Virus record (IMG/VR): IMGVR_UViG_3300034355_000809
Length of the DNA: 64,000 nucleotides
Direction: 5' to 3' (one strand)
Origin: a virus
Positions 39,113 through 48,100 of this stretch are shown here, piece after piece (within the stretch, counting starts at the first letter, position 1; each line of letters begins with the position of its first letter). The translations under genes were made by a program, and so were the position numbers. The notes under the pieces were generated by a model. The model saw only the letters and a list, made by a program, of their open reading frames with translations. It was not told the origin of the DNA and searched no databases.

Positions 39113-41183
39113 TATGTCAGATACAGGAATAAATTCTTCAGACCTAGGCAGTACAGCAAGTATTGCAAACAAAATAGGTGAATCATTCTATCCAAATGGA
39201 GAGGTTGTAATAACTGGCACAACAATGTCCAGGCAGCCATACGAAGATAGAAGCTTAAGAAGCGCTGACCCAGTAAAGATAATTCAAGGCGATGGTCTTT
39301 ACAGGAATCCAGCTTTTGCTATTAATGCATATGCGCAAAGCACCCAGTCAGCAATGCACGGAATAGTGGCATCAATGTCCGATTTAAATGATGATATAAA
39401 AATAGCTGATCCAAATGACCCAAGAGGAACTCCACTAACTGGGGCAGCAGCAAAGATGGAAATAGCTAAGAACTCCATGTTAGTAACAGGATATGCTCCT
39501 AGTGGTTTTTCTGAATCAATCAGAGCATTAAATAATAGCGTTATTAATAGCACTGTACAACCAACAGATTCAGACCTAGCATATGTGACCAGCGAAATGG
39601 GAGCTACTGTAGCAGAAAAAACTTCAGGTTACATTCCTTCTTCAGAGCCAGGAATGGTTTTGAATGGAGGGTCTAGAGCTATCGCTTTAGATTCTTTGTT
39701 AAGTGATCAAGAAAAAGAAGTGTATGCAACTAAGGTAGCTCAGCTAAATAATAAAGCAAACTTTAAGGGTTCAGTTAGTGCATTCACTATAGATTTTAAT
39801 ACAAATGAAAAAGGACAAAATCTTTCAAGTCTTGGTTTTGCAATAAATCAAGAACCAAGTTATATATCTGGTTCGATGCAAGCTCTACCTATTGATTCGA
39901 ATCTTTTGGGTAGCGGAAAAAAAGTATGCCACATATCAGCAGCGCTAATAGAGATGATGCTCCAAGTGACTAATACAATGTATATACAAGGTGGAACTGG
40001 TGTTAGAACTTTAGTTGGTCCAAATTTTTCTTTACTTACTGCAGAAAACAACAGTGTAAGCGACCACGCATTTGGTAGAGGTTTTGATATTATGGCTGTT
40101 GGGAATTCAGCTATTCCAGTAACTGCATTGTCAAAGAACATAGATACATATAGACAAGGGCTACACTTGCTTTTGACTACATTAAATGGACTAACACAAG
40201 ACTTACACCCAGACCTAATAGTGGTTCATGATCAATTGATGGTTGAGCTAGGAATAGCTGAAAGTGGCTTAGAAGGGGCTAATGCAGCGGTTAGAACAAA
40301 GTATCCAAACCTAGGTAAATTTGTTAACTTTGCTGTTGACTCAAGCCATAGAGACCACATACATGTTAGCTTTTCTCCACAAAGAGCTGGGTCATTTATA
40401 ACTCCAGAAATAGCAACTGCAATAACTGGCGTTAGCTTTACCGCAGAAGATGCAAAAGGCGGGATAAGCATGGATAAATTTAAACAAAATTTCTTTGGCA
40501 AACCCAATGCTTCTCTAAGCACAGATGAACTCATGGCACTCTTGTCTACATCTGGTTTGTTTAGTCTTGAAGTGTCTGCAATATTTACTGCAATAGCTGA
40601 AAGAGAAGCAAGAATTAGGCCAGCTGCCATTAATACAACACGTCCTTCTGATTTTTCTGTTGGCTTGTTCCAAATAAACTTATTAGAAAAAGCACACGGC
40701 ACCAAAACATTTTACCTAAAGTACAATGCATCTGGACAACCGGAAGACAGCACCGTTTTAGGTTTCAAATTGGCTTACTCAATTGACTCAGATAATAATC
40801 CAAAAACACTAGCTAGCAAAGTGATGAACCAAGCAACTCAAGCTACTGTCGATCAAAGGGTATGGATACCCTACAACCAAGCCTGGATGTTAGGTGTAAC
40901 TGCAGTCGGATCGGTAAGGGTTGCCCAAGTAATTAAAAAAAATAATCCAATTGACGAATACTGCTTTCACCCATGGGGAGATTATGGAACTGAATACGTT
41001 CCAGGTTTTATATTTAAAACAAAATTCTCTACCGCATTGTCAGTTTATTTGAATAGAGGCGGAACAGATGCTAATTTAAGAAAATGGATTAGAACAAACA
41101 TACCACAGAAATCAAGAGCCTATTCATACATAGAAGGATGGATGGGTGGTTCCGTGTATAAAGAAGATGGAAGCGTATTGTAG
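39105..41183 (+). CDS. Tail-associated peptidoglycan hydrolase: M15-like Zn peptidase plus lysozyme-like transglycosylase domain
   Basis: 'SDHAFGRGFD' (H-x6-D) and 'HRDHIHVSF' (HxH) form the peptidase motif. 'AIAEREA...SVGLFQIN...HPWG' is SLT-like. The probable start is ATG 39114. Confidence 0.75.
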   Translation: MNNMSDTGINSSDLGSTASIANKIGESFYPNGEVVITGTTMSRQPYEDRSLRSADPVKIIQGDGLYRNPAFAINAYAQSTQSAMHGIVASMSDLNDDIKIADPNDPRGTPLTGAAAKMEIAKNSMLVTGYAPSGFSESIRALNNSVINSTVQPTDSDLAYVTSEMGATVAEKTSGYIPSSEPGMVLNGGSRAIALDSLLSDQEKEVYATKVAQLNNKANFKGSVSAFTIDFNTNEKGQNLSSLGFAINQEPSYISGSMQALPIDSNLLGSGKKVCHISAALIEMMLQVTNTMYIQGGTGVRTLVGPNFSLLTAENNSVSDHAFGRGFDIMAVGNSAIPVTALSKNIDTYRQGLHLLLTTLNGLTQDLHPDLIVVHDQLMVELGIAESGLEGANAAVRTKYPNLGKFVNFAVDSSHRDHIHVSFSPQRAGSFITPEIATAITGVSFTAEDAKGGISMDKFKQNFFGKPNASLSTDELMALLSTSGLFSLEVSAIFTAIAEREARIRPAAINTTRPSDFSVGLFQINLLEKAHGTKTFYLKYNASGQPEDSTVLGFKLAYSIDSDNNPKTLASKVMNQATQATVDQRVWIPYNQAWMLGVTAVGSVRVAQVIKKNNPIDEYCFHPWGDYGTEYVPGFIFKTKFSTALSVYLNRGGTDANLRKWIRTNIPQKSRAYSYIEGWMGGSVYKEDGSVL

Positions 41184-41194
41184 GAGGAAATATT

Positions 41195-41557
41195 ATGGCA
41201 TTAAATTATCCAAAGTTTGATAAAAGAATTACTGATAGAATAGATGAAGCTTCTTTTAAGCAATCAAAGAATAGACCAGGTACAGTAATGGCTTACAATT
41301 CAGGACATAATACTGCAACAGTTATGGTCGACGAAAAGTACTCTGACCTTATTGGTAATATGCTTTCTAACGTACCATGCCCATTTGTGTATGGTGTTCA
41401 AACGGTCGCTCCAGCCCCAGGCACACGCTGTCTCATAGGCTTTAGAGACGCAGAAGAAAAGGAACCGTATGTCTTGATGTATTTTAATGACATTCATTCC
41501 CATAAAAATATTAGAAATACCTCGATAGACACTGGCATACCAAAGTTTATGGTTTAA
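41195..41557 (+). CDS. Putative baseplate spike-associated OB-fold protein (gpV/gp5 N-terminal-like)
   Basis: 'RPGTVMAYN...TATV...NVP.P...G....P.PGTRCLIGF......PYV' OB-fold pattern; GGAGG RBS. Confidence 0.6.
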   Translation: MALNYPKFDKRITDRIDEASFKQSKNRPGTVMAYNSGHNTATVMVDEKYSDLIGNMLSNVPCPFVYGVQTVAPAPGTRCLIGFRDAEEKEPYVLMYFNDIHSHKNIRNTSIDTGIPKFMV

Positions 41558-41562
41558 TTATT

Positions 41563-42249
41563 ATGATAGATCAAAATAGCGAACAATTTAAACAGTCTCC
41601 TGTTTTTAACGAAACAGCAGAAATAAAGAGAAGAAAAGAATTCTCACATAGAGAAGTCGGCTTGACCCACCCAGATAATAAAGCCTTTATTAGAATAACG
41701 GACATGGGTGAGATAGAGATATTTGGAGCTCCTGGCGTTGGTTTGGTTATCAATCCAAACACAAGAAGCATATCCATATTTGCAGACTCCATTAAGATGT
41801 ACTGCAAAGATGATGATGGTCTAAGATGGAATGAAAAGTCCTTTAACCCAGCTGCAGATGTATATAATGAGCCTGCTCTTTTAAAGACTGGAGACTTTTT
41901 AAACAACCCAGCGTATTATAGGACCGGCCAGTTTTTAAATAATTTAGAAAATTATGAACAGGAAGAGGTCGTAACTCCCATTACTATAATAGGTAAGTAC
42001 GGCCTAGGTTTGAATAATGAGCAGGGCTCAGAAGTAATAGAAGATCCAAATGGGTTGACTTTTGAGCAAGTTTCTTTAATAGAATCTTATTCAAAAACTC
42101 ACACCGAATCCGAAGTAGCCAAATTGCAACAGTTTATTAAAATGGGATACTCCTATCAAGATGCAGTTTCTAAGGTAGAAACTAGCGACTTTAATGAGCC
42201 AAGTGATATGGAAAATTTTCCTTGGATAGATAATGATTTGGATAAATAA
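41563..42249 (+). CDS. Putative baseplate spike/central protein
   Basis: Short beta-repeat stretch 'HP.NKAFIRITD.GEIEIF...GVGLVINP.TRSISIFAD', located between the OB-fold and gp25-like genes. Confidence 0.45.
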   Translation: MIDQNSEQFKQSPVFNETAEIKRRKEFSHREVGLTHPDNKAFIRITDMGEIEIFGAPGVGLVINPNTRSISIFADSIKMYCKDDDGLRWNEKSFNPAADVYNEPALLKTGDFLNNPAYYRTGQFLNNLENYEQEEVVTPITIIGKYGLGLNNEQGSEVIEDPNGLTFEQVSLIESYSKTHTESEVAKLQQFIKMGYSYQDAVSKVETSDFNEPSDMENFPWIDNDLDK

Positions 42250-42632
42250 TGAGCGATTTCTATTTTGATCTTAGTGGTGATATTAAAGTCTCACCAAATA
42301 AAGATATAGCTGTTATAGGAGATGGGTCAAGGAAAGACGTCCAACAAATATACATAAGACTTATGACAGAGCCAAATGACTTTACTGTATATCCAAGGCT
42401 TGGCTGCGATCTCTCTATGCTCTATGGAATGCCGCAAAGTAAAACTACTGGTGAACTAGGTAAAAGAATTATAAGAAATGCGCTTATGGACGAAACTGTA
42501 GGTGGTATATTTAAAGGTAGATTTATAACAATAGACGCCGTACCAACATCTGCTAATTCAATTAGATTTGATGTACATATAGAAGACAATAGTGTGGAAC
42601 CGATAACTCTTTCGGTTACACAAAACATTTAA
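42249..42632 (+). CDS. Baseplate wedge protein, gp25/gpW-like
   Basis: 'GDI.V....D.A.I...QQIYIRLMTEP......P.LGCDL..L.G' fits the gp25 family; lies upstream of the J-like gene. Confidence 0.7.
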   Translation: MSDFYFDLSGDIKVSPNKDIAVIGDGSRKDVQQIYIRLMTEPNDFTVYPRLGCDLSMLYGMPQSKTTGELGKRIIRNALMDETVGGIFKGRFITIDAVPTSANSIRFDVHIEDNSVEPITLSVTQNI

Positions 42633-42644
42633 TAAGGAGCAAAA

Positions 42645-43814
42645 ATGGCGATAGTTTATAGCAAAAGTAAACCAGAGGTACTAGGCAGAATGCTTTTAGC
42701 ATTAGAAAAAAATGCTGGTATTACGGCAACATATCCTGGAGCTATAGCTAGAGCTTTTGCTGAAGCAGTTGCCACAGAGGTAAGTGATTTGTATGAGACT
42801 TTAAAGTTTGCGGTTGATCAAACAGCAATGTCAACAGCCTCTGGTAGGTCGCTTGACCTGATTGGTGAACTCTACGGCGTTGGCAGAAAAGTCGTTTCTC
42901 CAGATGCAGAACAAGAAAGATCAAGTTTTAATATAGAGTTCTTTATTAGTTCGCCTTCTTCATCTGACATCATTGTCACTAAGGGAACTTCTATCTTTAA
43001 TGACGTTACCGAGTTTGCCTCTAGACAGTATCAGTACCAGTTAGAGTCTGACGTAGTTATAATAGCCGGAACTACTAAAGCATTCGGAAGAATTACCCCT
43101 TCTTTTAGTAGTGAAGACTTTACCGCAGCCAGAGGTAGCTTAACAAAGCACAACTTCACCGCACCAGATGGAACAATAGTCTATTGCTCAAACCCAAAGG
43201 AAGTCTATTCTACTTCTGGCATGGAAAGTGATGAGAATTATCGTCGTAGAATTAGTCTTTCGATAAAGGAAAGATCATATGGAACAGCAGAATCCCTAAG
43301 ACTCAATGCTCTTGCACTTCCAGGAGTAAGAGATGTTAGAATTAGAGAGTCTTCATATGGGCTTGGTTCTTGTGACATTATTGTTGTCCCAGAATCTCAG
43401 AGAATAGATCCTAGCTTTGTGCAAAATGTTGCAAGTAATTTATCTGGGAGAAAACCTGTGGGCATAAAGCTCAATATAAGGATTGCAGATAGGATTGGCA
43501 TAAACACTGTTGCCAATATAGTTCTGCCACAGGGACTTAGTTCATCAGCCATTACTGCTATAGAAAACCAAGCTAATTTGTTTGTTAAAAGATACTTGAA
43601 TTCTATGACAATAGGCAGTTCTATTTCATATTCAGATATAGAAAGTCAGATTAGGGCGTCTTCTGATTTTATCAAAAGTGTCAATGTATTAAGCGTCACC
43701 TCAAAGGGTCAGGAAATACCTAAGGGTATTTTTAGGTTAAACACCGAAAGAGAGTACATGATAGCTGGGACTGTATCGGTTTTTTCTGTTATAATGTCTT
43801 CACAAGGTTATTAG
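42645..43814 (+). CDS. Baseplate J-like wedge protein
   Basis: 'TASGRSLDLIG..YGV.R', 'G.ESDENYRRRI', 'GTAESLR..AL..PGV', 'KPVGI'. Confidence 0.85.
   Translation: MAIVYSKSKPEVLGRMLLALEKNAGITATYPGAIARAFAEAVATEVSDLYETLKFAVDQTAMSTASGRSLDLIGELYGVGRKVVSPDAEQERSSFNIEFFISSPSSSDIIVTKGTSIFNDVTEFASRQYQYQLESDVVIIAGTTKAFGRITPSFSSEDFTAARGSLTKHNFTAPDGTIVYCSNPKEVYSTSGMESDENYRRRISLSIKERSYGTAESLRLNALALPGVRDVRIRESSYGLGSCDIIVVPESQRIDPSFVQNVASNLSGRKPVGIKLNIRIADRIGINTVANIVLPQGLSSSAITAIENQANLFVKRYLNSMTIGSSISYSDIESQIRASSDFIKSVNVLSVTSKGQEIPKGIFRLNTEREYMIAGTVSVFSVIMSSQGY
43787..43795 (+). promoter_or_regulatory. Extended -10 promoter (TGtTATAAT)
   Basis: Consensus match in the 3' end of the J-like gene, 40 nt upstream of ATG 43836. 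Confidence 0.5.
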
Positions 43815-43835
43815 AACTGAAAGAGTGGTATTTAC

Positions 43836-45101
43836 ATGTCAGACAAGCTTTTTCTTGTCACCAAGACTCACATAGTCAAAGCTAAAAATATGAAACACGC
43901 CCGTAGCATTATCGAGGGCGATGAAGATATTCCTGGCGATTTGCTAGTCGATAATATTTTTGCAAAAGAAGTAGACGAAGAACAGGCTTCTCACTATTTT
44001 TCTACTGGTCAAAACTCATTCTATGACACAGTCGATGAGATAGATGAAGATACATACGAAACAGATACTGTAGGTTCGAGTTATGGCGTATCGGTGCCGT
44101 CAGCGACTATAGACTTTTTGAGATCAGAAAATAAGAGACTTGCCCGTTCTGCAGACAAGTACAAGAACATAAGCGATCATGCTTCTGAGACTATCTATAA
44201 AGCAGCACACGATGTCTTTTCTAAATTTGAGCTACCAACACTGATAAGAAAAGAAGCAAGAAAACCAGGCAAGGGCACTCCAGAAACTGCAGTAGTAGTT
44301 TTTGCTGACTGGCAGCTTGGCAAGGTGACGCCTGATTACAACTCAGAAGTAACCGCAAAAAGAATTGAATTGTATACAGAAAAGATGCTGGAAATTGTAG
44401 AAATACAAAGAGCAGATCACCCAATTGATAATCTGCATGTATGGATGCTAGGTGACATTGTGGAGGGGGAAGAGATATTCCCTGGACAGAGCCACTTGAT
44501 TGACTCAGGTATCTACAGACAGGTTGGTGTCAATGGACCAGAAATCCTAAGTAAATTCTTTGCTACGAGTCTTGAAAACTTTAACCAGGTCAATGTTACT
44601 GCGGTTATTGGAAATCATGGATCTGTTGGTGGCAGAAATAGAAAGATGTATGATCCAGAATCTAATATGGATAGACTTCTTTACAAGATTACCAGCTTGA
44701 TCTTTGCAAATAATCCAAGAATTAACTTCAACATTCCAGATGGAAGAGGCGAAAGACACTGGTATGCAGTAGATAAGATCGGTGATTATTCAAGTCTTTT
44801 AATTCATGGTGACCAAATGCCTTCGCCTAACTCTATTACCGCTTACTATAGGAAGGTAATGGGTTGGAAAGACGGTGCAATTCCAGAAGAGTTCCAAGAT
44901 GTGTTTATGGGTCATTATCATCAGCAAGCAAAGATGACCTTAGGCAGTTCAACTTTAAGAATATCTGGTTCACCAGAAAGCTACAATACGTATGCCCAAG
45001 AGTATTTCCACTCGATGAGCAGACCATGTCAGCACTTAATGTTCGTACACCCAGAGCGCGGAGTTACTTCAGAATATTCAGTATGGCTTGACGAAGTTTA
45101 A
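43836..45101 (+). CDS. Calcineurin-like metallophosphoesterase
   Basis: 'ADWQLG' (DxH variant), 'LGDIVEG', 'GNHG', 'IHGD', 'MGHYH'. Preceded by an acidic/coiled-coil N-terminal extension. Confidence 0.85.
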   Translation: MSDKLFLVTKTHIVKAKNMKHARSIIEGDEDIPGDLLVDNIFAKEVDEEQASHYFSTGQNSFYDTVDEIDEDTYETDTVGSSYGVSVPSATIDFLRSENKRLARSADKYKNISDHASETIYKAAHDVFSKFELPTLIRKEARKPGKGTPETAVVVFADWQLGKVTPDYNSEVTAKRIELYTEKMLEIVEIQRADHPIDNLHVWMLGDIVEGEEIFPGQSHLIDSGIYRQVGVNGPEILSKFFATSLENFNQVNVTAVIGNHGSVGGRNRKMYDPESNMDRLLYKITSLIFANNPRINFNIPDGRGERHWYAVDKIGDYSSLLIHGDQMPSPNSITAYYRKVMGWKDGAIPEEFQDVFMGHYHQQAKMTLGSSTLRISGSPESYNTYAQEYFHSMSRPCQHLMFVHPERGVTSEYSVWLDEV

Positions 45102-45116
45102 TAGGATTAAGGTTAG

Positions 45117-48100
45117 ATGAAAACATACTTCCTTGCATTAAATAACTCTGATTTCAACATCAGTGGCAATACTTGGACGTCCAATGTCATCGACCTATAT
45201 TCAAATAGATTCTATACCAACTTCTCAACTCTTAGATCACAACATGGCTTAAATGAGCTAGGAGATTATACTTTTGTTGGAACTGAGTTAAGGCCAGATG
45301 CCACTCCAACGCTTGATTCAACCACTAAGGTAACCAACTATGGTGAAATAGTACTTGAAGAAACTATTGGAGAATATGGATTTTTTAATCCTGATGATTT
45401 CCAGGATGGAAGGTACATCTTTGACCTGGTACAATCTTCCCCATTTTGGATTATGGGTCCAGACTATGAGTCTCAACTAGTTTATAGATTTGTTGATACC
45501 ACAAGCAGAGTGGATATTATAGGCTACAAGCATGCATTTGCCAACCTTCCTGGGGCTGAGCAGCCTACTGTGCAAGTTAAGGTCTACACTGCGGATATAG
45601 AAAATGCACAAGACTCTGAATGGCTCCAAGTTGCATATGTCAACCAAAGCACATCCCTGCTCTTTATAAGAGACGTTAAAAGATATTGTAAGTTTGAAGT
45701 AATAATTTCATCGGACTCTTCGCTTGAGAATTCAAACTTCCTTTTGTTGGTGCAAACCCAAATAGATGAAATTGCTGTCCCAGTCATATCAGATCATACA
45801 AGAAGCGTTCTTGCAAGATTCCCTTCATGGACGAAGATTTACGGAGACTCCTTAGAAAGAGCAACTCCATCATTGGCATTACCGGAAACAAATGCTGGAA
45901 AAATGATCAATGCATTAATTGGTGATGACCTAGATAAAATAGATGAATTAATTTCTAGGGTGGAATTAGATTCCTACATTGGTTCAGCAACACTATCGGA
46001 AACTGCTTGGATGTATGTATGCACCAACGTTGCTCCTGGTTTTGTGAAAATCATTGGGGATAACACCGAGCTAGCTAGAGTTTCAACAATGCGAGAATTG
46101 TTGGAAACAAGAACTACAGATTATGTTTTCTATTATAATTTTTCTACATTAGAATTATATACTCTAAGAAAATTTGTGAAACTAAAAGTAGATAATACTT
46201 TAACCGACCAAATTGTTATACAGAGTTTAAATAGCTTTGATGAATTTGGTGTTAGAGTAGGTCTCCAAAGATTGTATCTTGAATCAAATTTAAATTTCTC
46301 TAAGAGAATTTTAGATGTTTACAGAAATCCTCCTGCTATCAACGCAGAGGGATTAAAGCTGACACTAAGAAGAGAATTAGATATATGGAGAGCTGTTGGT
46401 GCAACACCTGAATCCACATATCTTGGAGCAACTCCTGAAATTATAGAGATATCAGATTTAGAAACAATGTCAAAATACTTTTCTAAAGATGGAATTCCAA
46501 CTAAAGAATTTTTTGATTTTGTAGAATATATTAACGTTAAATATCCAACCAACTATGGCTACATCAAGTGGGGCGAAGCTTACTGGGACTACGCTGGAAA
46601 GTTCCAAGAGGGTATATCTTCAATACCAACAATTTTGGACTCAGCAACTCCTCAATCTTACTCAAGTGATTATCAGCCTGGTATCGGTGACTTTGAAGAT
46701 GCAAGACTTAAGTTGGAAAAACTAGATAGAGAAATTACTAAATCATCTTTTGGTCTTAGAGTTTCGGGAATTAAATATGAAAACACTGAACCAGCCTATG
46801 AACCAATAGATGTAAAGTACGATAGCTATATTTCTTATTACGAAGATTATGTAGAAAACAATACAGCAACAATCACCTATGATGTAAAGCTATTGTTGAA
46901 TCTACATGGCGACATACCAAACGATGCCGTGTACACAGCAAGATTTAGAGATTACATAACAAATATCTATGATCAGACATCATCGCCAGAATATATTGTA
47001 AGATCAATTTTTAATCCCTCTGGATTTACCACCGGGGATTCGATTTATTACAACCAGGGTGGAACACCATATGTAAATACATTTAGCGTTTCTGCCACAG
47101 AGTCGTACACTTTTAGTGAAATACCGTTGTACTCAGTCGATGCAGCAACGGTTAGTTTTATCAGTTCTAGTGGACCAAGTGGTGCAACAGGCAGCTACGC
47201 AACAATCGGATTCTTGGATGCAACTCCAAATACATACGCAAAAAATACAAGCAAAAATGTAATCAAAACAGCAGCGCAAATAAATGACTCACCGTACGCT
47301 ACAAAGTTGAAGATAAACTCAGAAATATATGACGCTAAAAAGAAGAGACTTGTAAACACACCAAAGATTAGATCAGACCGTTTTTCAAATAAGGTAAATA
47401 ACTCTAATGATATAACTAAGCAGTCTGCGGTTACATTTACTCCTCAAGATATAATTAAGAACTTTATCATACCGTTTGGTGCCACACCAGTATATGTCCA
47501 CATAGAAAATATCATTGAAGATAGCTACGATATTGACTTGTCAGCATCTCCATATCAGGGGTATGGTGGTATCTCAAAGAACAGAGATCAAAACAAAACG
47601 TATTTGATTCCCTCTGTGCCTAACGTATTGTTCAGTTTTATTAATCCAAACTTTGCTACTCCGGAACAGCATGAAAATTATATCGATACAATAGGATCTA
47701 CTGTAAATTATTATTTTACAAATATTAAATTTCCCTTTTCAGCAACTCCAAATCAACTAAGAATATCTTCAAACGATGATGGAAACTATCCATTTAATTA
47801 TTTGACTTGGGAAAATTTTACAGCTAATTATATAGGCGATATAGAATATTATATTAGCGATCACGGAGTTGTTTCGGGGAACTCAACAGTAGATTACAGC
47901 TTACTAAATAATGAGTCAAGCTATATGGTTGGAAGATATGACTTTAATAGATCAGATTTTGGTTTATCAGATTATGATTCTTCACCCAACTTGTGGATTA
48001 GGGATCTAGAAGTTATTAATGAAGATGATAACACTTTGGTATACACTGGTTGGAATAACAGCCCAATTAGTATTTATACTGAAGATGACGGCACTTCAGA

